From Bacilli bacterium (GTDB taxonomy: Bacteria > Bacillota_I > Bacilli_A > RFN20 > CAG-826), in contig JAFTDF010000016.1 of NCBI GenBank assembly GCA_017454295.1, positions 8,928-72,927 of the forward strand: DNA of 64,000 nt. The letters run 5' to 3'. How positions within the stretch are numbered: position 1 is the first letter of the stretch; each line of letters starts with the position of its first letter. Below are positions 1-9,861 of this stretch, in pieces. A program made the translations under genes and the position numbers. The notes beneath the pieces are model-generated. The model was not told the origin of the DNA, did no database searches, and was given only the letters and a program-made list of their open reading frames with translations.

Positions 1-913
1 TCAGTCCAAATCCCAGGATAAAACCGGTTTGATAGGCATAATGGAAATCTAGGCCAAGGATGATGAGACCGGATAAGGCAATCAAATCAAGGCGTTGCCA
101 CCGCTTCTTCGTGATTTTAGGTAATGCGAGGGCGAGAATCGACCCCAGCCATAGTCGCAAGATCCCTACTTTACGAAACGCTAGCGGCAAAAAGAGGCTC
201 AAGGCCACCACACCTGCAATTTCCGTGACACGTGACGAGAATTTATAAGACAGAAGATGTTTGATAAACCCGATGATTCGGCCCAAAAAGAAGCCGCTAG
301 TCGATAACGCAAAGAGGATCCCCATTTCCTTGGCTGCGTCTAAAGCCTCTGATTCTCCCACGCTACGGGCGAAAAGGAGCTTCCCTAGGAGAGATGCGGT
401 TTCTTTCTCAAAGGAAGAGAGAAAATGGTTTTCCCACGATCGAAAACGCAATGGAGAACGAAAAGCAAACTGCGGATACCCTTCCGGAACGATTTCCTGG
501 GCGATGCCCAAACGCTGCAAGTATAAAGGAAAAGAGAATCGGCTTTCATAAGTGGTCGCCCGGAAAGCTTGACTGTCTCCGCTGATCCTTAAGACATCCC
601 CCACTTCGTAAGCCCCTTCTTTATCCGTTAGATAAAAACGGCTGATGAAATTCGTGACGAATACATAACCATTCCCGGCCTTATAAACCAAGAATGGCCC
701 ATTTCCGGAAAACGGAATGACCCAAAACCGCAGGCATCCTAGTCCGATGCCCAGCGCTAAAGCGATCGCATAAGGCCATAACGCCCCTTTTCGATAAGCA
801 AAGAAGCCTAACCCTAAGCAAAGCGAGGCCAATAAGATCACGAAGGACGGCTCATAGCCGCCGCTAAGGAAGAGCCCCGCCCATAGCCCGATAAAGGCAT
901 AGAACAGCGCCAT
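1..913 (-). CDS. comEC: ComEC/Rec2-type competence membrane protein, N-terminal part; runs off the left edge
   Basis: ATG at 913 overlaps the comEA stop (TGATG). Hydrophobic translation MALFYAFIGLWAGLFLSGG..., with an OB-like YEVGDVL segment. Canonical position after comEA. Not in the ORF track. Confidence 0.65.
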   Translation of the reverse strand, partial: MALFYAFIGLWAGLFLSGGYEPSFVILLASLCLGLGFFAYRKGALWPYAIALALGIGLGCLRFWVIPFSGNGPFLVYKAGNGYVFVTNFISRFYLTDKEGAYEVGDVLRISGDSQAFRATTYESRFSFPLYLQRLGIAQEIVPEGYPQFAFRSPLRFRSWENHFLSSFEKETASLLGKLLFARSVGESEALDAAKEMGILFALSTSGFFLGRIIGFIKHLLSYKFSSRVTEIAGVVALSLFLPLAFRKVGILRLWLGSILALALPKITKKRWQRLDLIALSGLIILGLDFHYAYQTGFILGFGL

Positions 914-1449
914 CAGGCATCGCGGAGGCGAATTTTATCGCGCACCGACATATAGGTGGCCTGTCCGATGCCGGGAACGCTGGTAATGTCTTCTAACGCC
1001 TTAAACTCGGCGGAAGCGCGATAGCTCACCAAGGCGGAAGCCACGCTTTTGGAGAAGCCCGCGGTTGCCATTAACGAATCCACGTCCGCGCTATTAATGT
1101 TGACTTTGTTAATGGGCGTATTCGAGCAGGTATTGTTGAAATCCCGCAATGGAGCGATGTAATACGATCCTTTGGCGGTTAAGACATAATCCGTGTTGAA
1201 GGCCAAGGTATCGGCGTTTTCGCTGGTCCCACCCGCGGCATTGATGAGGTCCATCATCGTCGCTCCTAGGTCTAAAACAAAGGTGCCGGGCCGATTGACT
1301 TGCCCCGAGATGGTCACCGACATCCCCGCCACGGATGAGGCGACCGAACTTGCCGTCACGATCGGATCGGAGACGGTCATGGCGTGGACGATGCCAAAGC
1401 CGACCAAGGCCAAGGCGGTCAAGCCCACAATAATGAGAATCACTTTCAT
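913..1449 (-). CDS. comEA: ComEA DNA-uptake receptor (TM anchor, SLBB, helix-hairpin-helix)
   Basis: ISGQVNRPG (SLBB), KVNINSA and VPGIG HhH motifs; SD AAGGAGG. Confidence 0.9.
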   Translation of the reverse strand: MKVILIIVGLTALALVGFGIVHAMTVSDPIVTASSVASSVAGMSVTISGQVNRPGTFVLDLGATMMDLINAAGGTSENADTLAFNTDYVLTAKGSYYIAPLRDFNNTCSNTPINKVNINSADVDSLMATAGFSKSVASALVSYRASAEFKALEDITSVPGIGQATYMSVRDKIRLRDA

Positions 1450-1496
1450 AACGATTCCTCCTTACTTCCTTATACGGGGGAAGGGAATCGATTTGA

Positions 1497-1527
1497 GAAA
1501 AAAGAAAACCGGAACATAGTTCCGGCA
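1497..1527 (-). terminator. Intrinsic terminator after greA
   Basis: CCGGAAC-tat-GTTCCGG hairpin followed by TTTTCTTTTT on the minus strand. Confidence 0.75.
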
Positions 1528-1544
1528 TTTCGTTGGTTGGTGAC

Positions 1545-2030
1545 TTATTTACGGCCGTAGGCGCGAATCTCGACTTCGTAGGGTTCTTCGCTTTCGACGC
1601 GGACGACATCCCCGACTTCGTGGCCAAGTAAGGCTTTGCCGATGGGGGATTCGTTACTGACGGTGGCGATTTCAGCCATCGGGTCGCCGCCGATGGAACC
1701 GACGACTTTGATCTTGATTTCCTCTTCCAGGGATTGGTCGAAGATGGTGACGGTGTCGCCGATGGAGATACCTTTGCCCCGAGCATTCTCCACTTCTTCG
1801 GCGGAGATGGCGTTGTTGAGGATATTCTCGATTTGGAGGATCCGTCCTTCGATTTGGGCTTGGCGGTCACGGGCGGCATCATAGTCGGCGTTTTCGCTTA
1901 AGTCGCCTTGGCTACGGGCGAGTTGGAGCTTTTCGATGACATCGGGACGTTGGACGTCGATGAGATCGCGATATTCACGTTCAAGCGCTTCGCGCTCTTC
2001 AGCGGTAAGGATGTTTTTCTTTTCTGCCAT
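1545..2030 (-). CDS. greA: Transcription elongation factor GreA
   Basis: GDLSENADYDAA and SNESPIGKALLG motifs. Confidence 0.97.
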   Translation of the reverse strand: MAEKKNILTAEEREALEREYRDLIDVQRPDVIEKLQLARSQGDLSENADYDAARDRQAQIEGRILQIENILNNAISAEEVENARGKGISIGDTVTIFDQSLEEEIKIKVVGSIGGDPMAEIATVSNESPIGKALLGHEVGDVVRVESEEPYEVEIRAYGRK

Positions 2031-2093
2031 GGTTTTCTACCTCGGTAATTTTGCGATAGCAATTATATACATTGAGTAACCCTTTTGCTAGGT

Positions 2094-2360
2094 TTACTTC
2101 CGCGCCTCGGCGATCGTGGGATCTTCTTCATAGGCGGAGAGGACTTGATCGGCTTCGTCGAGCTCCTCCTCATCGCATTCTTCCAGATGTTCCCCATCGG
2201 CGCAAGAGAGGACGAAGATCTCGTCTGGGGATTCGCTGCGGTAGAGGAAGTAATAGTCTTTCCCCCGCTGCTCATTCGTGTAATAGAAGAGAATGTTCAG
2301 TTTGGTTTCTTCCCCATTCTCCCCATAGAGGATGATTTCGTTGTCTTTGGTGATTTCCAT
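2094..2360 (-). CDS. DUF1292-family small acidic protein
   Basis: ENGEE...GKDY pattern and acidic C-terminal helix; SD AAAGGAG before ATG 2360; usual position after alaS. Confidence 0.75.
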   Translation of the reverse strand: MEITKDNEIILYGENGEETKLNILFYYTNEQRGKDYYFLYRSESPDEIFVLSCADGEHLEECDEEELDEADQVLSAYEEDPTIAEARK

Positions 2361-2370
2361 AGGTACTCCT

Positions 2371-4977
2371 TTATGCCTTAAGGGCTTCACGTAAGGCGGA
2401 TTTGACGGCTTCGATGTCGGCTAAGGCTTTCCCCGAACCGGAGGCAAAGCTGGGTTTACCACCGCCATTGCCTTGATACAGGGGCCCGACGAGTTTCATC
2501 GCGCTGCCAGCGCCAAGACGTTCCCCTTTTCCACCGGCAAAGGCGCTGAGGGCAATGCCTTTTTCGCCTTTGGCGGCGATAAAGATCAGATAATCGGCGA
2601 ACTTGGTTTTCATGGAGTCGCCAAGTTTTCCGGCTTCTTCCCGGCCTCCTTCGATTTGGGTGGCGAAGAAATGGACGCCATCGATCTCTTCGAATTCGCT
2701 GGTAAGCGAAGAGGCGAGCGAGGAAGCAAGCTTGGCTTTGAGGCGGTCGATTTCCTTATTTGCGGCATTTAGTTCCTCGCGGAGCCCATCGACTTTCTTG
2801 ATGATGAGGGCATCTCCTGGATTGCCTAAGGTTTCTCCGAGCTGGTCGAGGGCTTCCCGTTTGCGGGCAAGATATTGATAAGCGCCTAATGAGGTGCGTC
2901 CTTCGATACGGCGGACGCCACTGCTGACGGCGGAATCGCTGGTTAAAACGAAGATGCCGATGTCACTGGAATTGGCAACATGGGTGCCACCGCAGAATTC
3001 TTTGGAGAAATCCCCAAAGGTCACGACGCGGACCAAATCGCCATATTTCTCGGAGAATTCCATTTCGGCGCCGAGTTTGGCGGCTTCTTCGATTGGCAAA
3101 ACCAAGGTCTTTTCCTCGATGGCTTCTTCGATTTTGGCATTGACCATTTTTTCGATGGCTTGCAGTTGCTCTTGGCTAGGACGCGGTTCAGCCTCATAGT
3201 CGAAACGAAGATATTCTTCGTTGACAAAGCTGCCCTTTTGATCGACATGGTGGCCTAAGACTTCCCCGATGGCGGCGTGGAGCAAATGGGTCGCGGAATG
3301 GTTACGGGCGGTTAGACGACGCTTTTTGGCATCGACCTGCAAGGTGAATTCATCGCCTTTGCGGATGGTGCCATAGGCGAGCTGGACGTGATGGAGATGG
3401 GCTCCATTGGGGGTTTTGCCCATGGCGACGACCCGTCCGGAGGCGTTTTGGTTTTCGATGCTGCCTTCGTCGGAGACTTGGCCGCCGGATTCGCTATAGA
3501 AGGGCGTCACATCGAAGACGACGTCCCCTTCCTCATCGATTTCTTCCGTGGCGACGCCATCGACGAAGAGGCCGATGACCTTACCTTTGGTAGAAAGGGT
3601 GCCATAATCGAATTCGGATGTTTCTTGGAAGGCGAGCAAGTCTTTGGACTGCTTATGGAAGGAAGCGACTTCGCTGCGCGCGGAGCGGGCGCGTTGCTTT
3701 TGTTCTTCCATGCAAGCGCGGAATCCCGCTTCATCCACTTTGACACCGGCTTCGGCACAGATTTCATTCGTGAGGTCGAAGGGGAAGCCAAAGGTATCGT
3801 AGAGAAGGAAGGCATCCGCCCCGGAAAGGGTATCCTTGTCTTCGATTTTTTCCCGAAGCAACGCTTCTCCGGAGACCAAGGTCTTCAAGAATTTGCGTTC
3901 TTCGTTTTCGATCGATTTGACGATGTAATCCCGGCGACCTTCGAGATCGGGATAGAAATCCTTATATTCGGCGATGACGGTATCGACGAGTCCATACATG
4001 AAAGGATGGTCGATGCCGAGTTTCTTCCCATAACGCATGGCGCGACGGATGATACGTCTTAAGACGTAACCGCGGCCCTCATTGGAGAAGGAAGCTCCAT
4101 CGCTTAAGGCGAAGGTGAGGCAACGGGCATGGTCGGCGATGACGCGGAAGGCCATCTTGTTCTCCCCTTGATAGGATTGACCGCAAAGCTGTTCGGTCTC
4201 TTTGATAATGGGGGTGAATAAATCGGTTTCGAAGTTGGTTTCGGTGCCCTGTAAGATGCAGGCGATCCGTTCTAAGCCCGAGCCCGTATCGATGTTTTTC
4301 GAGGGCAATTCCTTATAGTCTTCCCGTTTGACCCCGGCGACGGAGTTGAACTGAGAGAAGACGATGTTCCAGATTTCGATATAACGGTCGTTTTCGATTT
4401 CCTTGCGTAAGAGTTCCACGCCTCTGCCTTCGGGATCGTAGGCTTCGCCCCGGTCGAAGAACATTTCGGTGTCGGGACCACAGGGCCCTTCCCCGATTTC
4501 CCAGAAGTTGCCTTCTAGGGGAATCAAATGATCCTCGGGAACCCCGCATTTGACCCAAAGGTCATGGGTGGCCTTATCCAAGGGAGAATAGGTGATATAG
4601 AGCTTTTCGAAGGGGATGCCAAAGCCGACTTCCTCGCTGGTGAGGATCTCGGCGGCCCAGGGAATGACCTCGTCACGGAAATAATCCCCGATGGAGAAAT
4701 TCCCAAGCATTTCAAAGAACGTATGGTGACGGGCGGTATGGCCGACGTTTTCGATATCGTTGGTGCGGATGGATTTCTGCACGTTGACGATGCGTCGGGA
4801 TGGCGGGATTTCGCTCCCATCGAAGTATTTCTTTAATCCGGTGACGCCGGCATTGACCCAAAGCAGGGATTTGTCGCCCTGGGGGATCAAAGGAACCCCA
4901 GGAATATAAACATGTCCTTTGGATTGGAAGAATTTGATCCAAACCTGGCGGATTTCGCGGCCGCTTAATTTGCGCAT
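2371..4977 (-). CDS. alaS: Alanine--tRNA ligase
   Basis: RHHTFFEMLGNFS, GPCGP, editing motifs HSATHLLH and CGGTH; SD AGGAGG before ATG 4977. Confidence 0.98.
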   Translation of the reverse strand: MRKLSGREIRQVWIKFFQSKGHVYIPGVPLIPQGDKSLLWVNAGVTGLKKYFDGSEIPPSRRIVNVQKSIRTNDIENVGHTARHHTFFEMLGNFSIGDYFRDEVIPWAAEILTSEEVGFGIPFEKLYITYSPLDKATHDLWVKCGVPEDHLIPLEGNFWEIGEGPCGPDTEMFFDRGEAYDPEGRGVELLRKEIENDRYIEIWNIVFSQFNSVAGVKREDYKELPSKNIDTGSGLERIACILQGTETNFETDLFTPIIKETEQLCGQSYQGENKMAFRVIADHARCLTFALSDGASFSNEGRGYVLRRIIRRAMRYGKKLGIDHPFMYGLVDTVIAEYKDFYPDLEGRRDYIVKSIENEERKFLKTLVSGEALLREKIEDKDTLSGADAFLLYDTFGFPFDLTNEICAEAGVKVDEAGFRACMEEQKQRARSARSEVASFHKQSKDLLAFQETSEFDYGTLSTKGKVIGLFVDGVATEEIDEEGDVVFDVTPFYSESGGQVSDEGSIENQNASGRVVAMGKTPNGAHLHHVQLAYGTIRKGDEFTLQVDAKKRRLTARNHSATHLLHAAIGEVLGHHVDQKGSFVNEEYLRFDYEAEPRPSQEQLQAIEKMVNAKIEEAIEEKTLVLPIEEAAKLGAEMEFSEKYGDLVRVVTFGDFSKEFCGGTHVANSSDIGIFVLTSDSAVSSGVRRIEGRTSLGAYQYLARKREALDQLGETLGNPGDALIIKKVDGLREELNAANKEIDRLKAKLASSLASSLTSEFEEIDGVHFFATQIEGGREEAGKLGDSMKTKFADYLIFIAAKGEKGIALSAFAGGKGERLGAGSAMKLVGPLYQGNGGGKPSFASGSGKALADIEAVKSALREALKA

Positions 4978-4990
4978 AAGAGTGCCTCCT

Positions 4991-5128
4991 AAAATAAAAA
5001 AGCGCGGGATGAAGGAACGCCATGGCGCGGTACCATCCTTCTTCACCTCGAGGGTGCGCTTACTTCTTCACTTAACGCGTGATACGGTGGCATTACCCAC
5101 ATGAGGGGGAGTGGCAAGTTCCCGATGG
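4991..5128 (-). promoter_or_regulatory. T-box riboswitch leader of alaS (compact)
   Basis: T-box sequence AAGGATGGTACCGCG (5040-5026), complementary CGTTCCTT antiterminator strand, CGTTA F-box-like hairpin and a U tract before the SD. Confidence 0.85.
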
Positions 5129-5196
5129 CAAAATTAAAGCACTTTCTTTTAGAAATATCCACTAAAAAAGCGGTTTTGAAAACAACGATGGAACGT

Positions 5197-6333
5197 TTAA
5201 ATATCGATGCGCTCGTCGCGCCGATAAATTTCGCCGATGATGCCGCCGCCTCGCATCGTTTCGCCTTGGTAAATCACGGCGATTTGGCCAGGGGTCACGG
5301 CTTCGACGGGGTGGTCTTCGTAATGGAGGTAGATGCGATCTCCCTCAAAACGCATTCTCGCGGGTTGATCGGGCTGGCGGTAACGGAACTTAACCCCCAC
5401 TTCGATTTCCCCTTCCGGACGAGGTCCGACCCAATTGACGCCATCGAGATAGCAAGAAGTCGATTGCAGGAGTTCGCGCTCCTCAAGTTGGGCCACGTGG
5501 AGGATATTTCTCGCCACGTCCTTCTTATAAATGAAGTAGGCACCTTCTTTGACCCCTTTGACGCCACCGATGCCAAGGCCCTTATGCTGGCCTAAGGTGT
5601 AATAGAGGACGCCGATATGCTTGCCGATCACGGGACCGTTTTCCCCTAAGACGACGTCGCCTTCATGGGAAGGGAGATAGTTTTGTAGGAATTCTTTGAA
5701 GTTGCGTTCACCGATAAAACAAACCCCGGTGGAATCTTTCTTGTCCATGACCGATTCCAAATCGAGTTCATGGGCGATTCGCCTCACCTCTTCTTTTTCG
5801 ATGTCGCAAAGCGGGAAGAGGCAAGAAGCGATTTGCTCTTCGTTGATTTGGGAAAGGAAATAGGATTGGTCTTTCTTCTTATCGGCGGCTTTTTGTAGAT
5901 AATAGAGCCCATCCTCTCCCTGAATGCGCTTGGCATAATGCCCCATGGCGATCATCTCGCATCCCTGAGACTTCGCGAATTTCAAAAACGAATCGAATTT
6001 GATGTATTTGTTGCAAAACACATCGGGATTGGGCGTTCTGCCCTTCTTGTATTCTTCGAGGAAATACGTGAAGACGTTATCCCAGTATTCTTTGACGAAA
6101 TCCGCCCGTAACAAAGGGATGTCTAGTTTTTTGGCGACCGCCACGGCATCCCAATAATCTTTTTCCTGGGGGCATTGGTCGTTATTGATCGTGGGATTGC
6201 CCAGGTAATCGTTATTGGCGAGGGCATCCCAGTTGCGCATGAAACCCCCTACCACTTCGTAGCCTTGTTGTTTTAGCAAATAGGCGGCGACGGCCGAATC
6301 CACCCCACCGCTTAATCCGACCATGACTTTCAT
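5197..6333 (-). CDS. mnmA: tRNA 2-thiouridylase MnmA
   Basis: SGGVDS, TPNPDVFCN, KDQSYFL, KDSTGVCF and AVTPGQ motifs. Confidence 0.97.
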   Translation of the reverse strand: MKVMVGLSGGVDSAVAAYLLKQQGYEVVGGFMRNWDALANNDYLGNPTINNDQCPQEKDYWDAVAVAKKLDIPLLRADFVKEYWDNVFTYFLEEYKKGRTPNPDVFCNKYIKFDSFLKFAKSQGCEMIAMGHYAKRIQGEDGLYYLQKAADKKKDQSYFLSQINEEQIASCLFPLCDIEKEEVRRIAHELDLESVMDKKDSTGVCFIGERNFKEFLQNYLPSHEGDVVLGENGPVIGKHIGVLYYTLGQHKGLGIGGVKGVKEGAYFIYKKDVARNILHVAQLEERELLQSTSCYLDGVNWVGPRPEGEIEVGVKFRYRQPDQPARMRFEGDRIYLHYEDHPVEAVTPGQIAVIYQGETMRGGGIIGEIYRRDERIDI

Positions 6334-6782
6334 TTGAAAAGCTCCTGCGAATCCAGTAACACGGTGAAAGGACCCTCATTGACTAGCGATACCTGCATAT
6401 CGGTTTGGAAGACGCCCCCTTGTAAGGCGGGAAATAGGGCCTTTAACGAAGCAAAGAAATAGGCGTAGAGGGCATTGGCCTCCTCCGCTTTCATGGCTTT
6501 GACGAAACTCGGGCGGTTGCCTTGGGAGCAATCCGCATACAAGGTGAACTGCGAAACGCTTAGCACTTCCCCGCCAATATCGGCCAAGGCCAGATTGGTT
6601 TTCCCGTTTTCATCGGCGAAAATCCTGAGTTTCGCCACCTTTTGGACCATTTTATCGGCGATTTCTGGGGTATCCCCGGAAGTAAAACCAACCAGGAGCA
6701 AAAACCCTTTGCCGATAGAGGCCACCCGTTCCCCTTCGATATCGACGGAGGCGGAGGTGACCCGCTGAATCAATACGCGCAT
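6330..6782 (-). CDS. dtd: D-aminoacyl-tRNA deacylase
   Basis: MRVLIQRV, SQFTL and NEGPFT motifs. Confidence 0.97.
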   Translation of the reverse strand: MRVLIQRVTSASVDIEGERVASIGKGFLLLVGFTSGDTPEIADKMVQKVAKLRIFADENGKTNLALADIGGEVLSVSQFTLYADCSQGNRPSFVKAMKAEEANALYAYFFASLKALFPALQGGVFQTDMQVSLVNEGPFTVLLDSQELFK

Positions 6783-8083
6783 TAGGAAATCACCTCATGG
6801 ATAATCGGCGGATAGGCCACTTTTTCCGACGTGATTTCGAAGGCTTGTTGGACTTCGGCGAAGACATCGTCGACGTTTTCTTTGTTGGTATGGCAATAAG
6901 CGATGACTTCATTTGCTTCCACCGCATCGCCGACTTTCTTGGTGAGCATGATGCCGGCGGACATATCGATGGTATCGGTCATCTTTTCCCGCCCGGCGCC
7001 AAGTTTCATGGCCGAAATGCCGATGGCTAAAGAATCGATGCGCTTGATGTAGCCAGCCCGCGGAGCGTAAATGGGCACGATGCGGGAGGCAAGGGGGAAC
7101 TTCTCGGGATGGTCGATATAGGTGGGATCCCCGCCTTGGGCTTCGACCATGGCCCGCAATTTGGCTAGACCACTGCCATCGGCAATGGCGGCTTCGACTT
7201 TCTTACGGCCTTCTTCGACCGAATCGACGAGCTTGGCTTGGGTCAATAACAAAGCGGAGGCACCGATGCAGAGTTCGACGAAATCATGGGGACCTTTCCC
7301 CTGCAAGGTGGCAATGGCTTCTTTCACTTCGAGTGCATTGCCTACGGCAAGCCCTAACGGCTGATCCATGTCGGTGAGGGTCGCTCTGGTATCGCGGCCG
7401 AGGTTTTTCCCGATCTTGACCATCTCGCGGGCCAATTCCCGGGCCCGTTCTTGGGTCTTCATAAAAGCCCCGGATCCGAATTTGACGTCGAGGAGGATCG
7501 CATCGGTTCCCGCGGCGAGTTTCTTCGACATGATGCTGGAGGCGATCAAAGGAATGGATTCGACGGTCGCGGTAACGTCGCGAAGCGCATAGAGTTTCTT
7601 ATCCGCGGGGACGATGGAAGTCGTTTGTCCGATGATGGCCAAGCCGATGTCATTGACCTGCTGGATGAATTGTTCGCTGGTTAAGGAGATATTGAATCCG
7701 GGGATGGATTCGAGTTTATCGAGGGTGCCTCCGGTATGGCCAAGGCCGCGGCCCGACATTTTGGCGAGTTTGGCGCCACAAGCGGCAACCAAAGGTCCTA
7801 CGGCAAGGGAGGTCTTATCCCCCACCCCACCGGTGGAATGCTTATCGACTTTGACGCCTTGGATGGCGGAAAGATCGATCGTTTCTCCCGAATGCATCAT
7901 GGCATCGGTCATGATCGCGGTTTCTTCCTCGTTCATGCCCTGGAAATAAACGGCCATGGTAAAGGCGGATGCCTGATAATCGGGGATATCCCCGTTGGTA
8001 TAGCCTTGGATGAAGAAGCGGATTTCTTCTTCGGTTAAGGGATGGCCATCCCTTTTCTTTTCGATAATGTCTACGGCTCTCAT
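6782..8083 (-). CDS. pdp: Pyrimidine-nucleoside phosphorylase
   Basis: MRAVDIIEKKRDG start; DKHSTGGVGDK and SGRGLGHTGGTLDKLESIPG motifs. Confidence 0.96.
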   Translation of the reverse strand: MRAVDIIEKKRDGHPLTEEEIRFFIQGYTNGDIPDYQASAFTMAVYFQGMNEEETAIMTDAMMHSGETIDLSAIQGVKVDKHSTGGVGDKTSLAVGPLVAACGAKLAKMSGRGLGHTGGTLDKLESIPGFNISLTSEQFIQQVNDIGLAIIGQTTSIVPADKKLYALRDVTATVESIPLIASSIMSKKLAAGTDAILLDVKFGSGAFMKTQERARELAREMVKIGKNLGRDTRATLTDMDQPLGLAVGNALEVKEAIATLQGKGPHDFVELCIGASALLLTQAKLVDSVEEGRKKVEAAIADGSGLAKLRAMVEAQGGDPTYIDHPEKFPLASRIVPIYAPRAGYIKRIDSLAIGISAMKLGAGREKMTDTIDMSAGIMLTKKVGDAVEANEVIAYCHTNKENVDDVFAEVQQAFEITSEKVAYPPIIHEVIS

Positions 8084-8148
8084 ACGCACTATTTTAGCGA
8101 AAGACTTTGTCTTTGACATCTTAAATGCGTCGCCTCTACAATAGCGCC

Positions 8149-9459
8149 ATGGATTTTCGGGAACATTTACTCGCTTATCTACCCCTCGGAGAAGTCGATG
8201 GCATCCTCTCCGCCCAGAAGAAAGAACAAGTCCACGGCTTGCTTTTGAACACGGAAAAAGTCGACCCCGTAGCATTTACCCAAGCCTTCCCACATATCGA
8301 GCCGATTCCCCATGTTCCCCATGGTTATCGTTACTCTTCCGAGGAATATGCCTTTGGCAAGCATCCCCTGTTCGATTTAGGTGCCTATTACATCCAAGAC
8401 CCGGCGGCGATGCTCGTCGCCTCGCAACTAAAACCCCGGGAAGGGGCGAGGATCCTCGATCTATGCGCCGCCCCTGGTGGCAAAACCATCGGCACGTCCT
8501 TGCTTTATCCTAGTTGCACCCTTATTTCGAATGACCTCTCCTATCCGAGGGCCAAGGAACTCTCCGGAAACGTCGAACGGATGGGACGGGGCAACATCGT
8601 GGTGACCTGTGCCGATTTCAAAGATCATTATCGAGATTCCCAAGGCGCCTTCGACGCCATCATCCTGGATGCCCCATGCTCGGGCTCGGCGATGTTTCGG
8701 AAAAACGACCTTGCCGAAGCCGATTGGTCCATCGAAAAGGTGCAGCGTTGCGCCACCATCCAAAAAGAGCTTTTATCCTTCGCCTATTCGATGCTCGCTC
8801 CCGGTGGCATCCTTTTATACTCAACCTGTTCGTTTTCCAAAGAAGAAGACATCGATCCCATCCTTGAGTTACTAAAAGAACATGATGATCTTTCACTTTG
8901 TGAAATGGAAGACGATTCTTCCTTCTACCACCACCCCGATTTGCCCGAGGCGATCTTCCTCTTCCCCCACCGTTATGAAGGGGAAGGACAGTTCTTGGTG
9001 AAAGTTCAAAAGGCAGGCAGGCCTCCTCTATTCGCAATGAGGAATCGTCCTGCCCCGAAACAGAATCCATTCGTCGGTGCCTATGGATTAGAAGGACGTG
9101 ACTTCGAAATCAAGGGAACCGCCCTCTATTCGATGCCTCGCTGCACCCCTACCCACCATCTCCCTGTGCTCCGTTATGGGGTAAAAATCGAGGAAGACGG
9201 GAATCCCGATTTCGCCCTTGCTAGATACCTCGGAGTTGAGGATTCCATTCCTCTAGACGGTACCCAGACCAAGGCCTATTTATCCGGACTCACTTTCGAC
9301 CTAAATGCGGCAAAAGGATACCATGTAGTTTCCTATCAGGGACTCACGATGGGATGGGTGAAAGTCAGCAACGGCGTCGCCAAAAACCATTACCCCAAAG
9401 GGTTGAGGCGAGATTATGCCAAAGACTTATTTCCGTTCTTGGTAACTACGGATCGTTAA
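8149..9459 (+). CDS. rsmF: RsmF/NOL1-NOP2-Sun rRNA m5C methyltransferase
   Basis: LDLCAAPGGK, DAPCSG, YSTCS and C-terminal KNHYPKGLR. Confidence 0.9.
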   Translation: MDFREHLLAYLPLGEVDGILSAQKKEQVHGLLLNTEKVDPVAFTQAFPHIEPIPHVPHGYRYSSEEYAFGKHPLFDLGAYYIQDPAAMLVASQLKPREGARILDLCAAPGGKTIGTSLLYPSCTLISNDLSYPRAKELSGNVERMGRGNIVVTCADFKDHYRDSQGAFDAIILDAPCSGSAMFRKNDLAEADWSIEKVQRCATIQKELLSFAYSMLAPGGILLYSTCSFSKEEDIDPILELLKEHDDLSLCEMEDDSSFYHHPDLPEAIFLFPHRYEGEGQFLVKVQKAGRPPLFAMRNRPAPKQNPFVGAYGLEGRDFEIKGTALYSMPRCTPTHHLPVLRYGVKIEEDGNPDFALARYLGVEDSIPLDGTQTKAYLSGLTFDLNAAKGYHVVSYQGLTMGWVKVSNGVAKNHYPKGLRRDYAKDLFPFLVTTDR

Positions 9460-9861
9460 AAAGGCGATCACGGCTTCGCAGGCGGCGATGACGATCCCCG
9501 AGATGATGAACTCGACGTTTTGCCATACCACGCCAAAGGGGATGGAGCCGCCAATGCCAAATCCGGCGAAGACAAAGCAGATGATGGAGAAGATGAAGCA
9601 ATCGTAAGGACGCTTAATGTCGTGCAGGATCCAATACACCCCCGTGCCGGCGCAAAGTAAGCATGGGATGCCATAACCGATGCACCAAGGCAAATAATAC
9701 GGCAGGTTTTCGGCCCCCTCGGGTTTGTTCTTTTGCAATAAAAAGAACATCGCGACGAAGACGATGAACCCCAAAATGATGAGGCCCGTGCCGGCGGTTT
9801 TGCTTAAGGAATACGTCCCCTGAAACGGGTCGGAACTATTCGGCATTCTTTTCATTCTCAT
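9427..9861 (-). CDS. Hypothetical membrane protein, about 4 TM (start 9861 or 9846)
   Basis: Four hydrophobic segments; overlaps the plsC 3' end and, convergently, rsmF. Confidence 0.6.
   Translation of the reverse strand: MRMKRMPNSSDPFQGTYSLSKTAGTGLIILGFIVFVAMFFLLQKNKPEGAENLPYYLPWCIGYGIPCLLCAGTGVYWILHDIKRPYDCFIFSIICFVFAGFGIGGSIPFGVVWQNVEFIISGIVIAACEAVIAFLTIRSYQERK

Noticed and set aside
8149-9459. Possible codon reassignment (AGG-to-Met or CGG changes reported in some uncultured Bacilli; TGA-to-Trp in Mollicutes)
   Set aside because: In rsmF, AGG and CGG fall at conserved Arg sites (YPRAK, ERMG, PKGLR), and TGA ends many genes normally. This was a spot check, not a genome-wide test.
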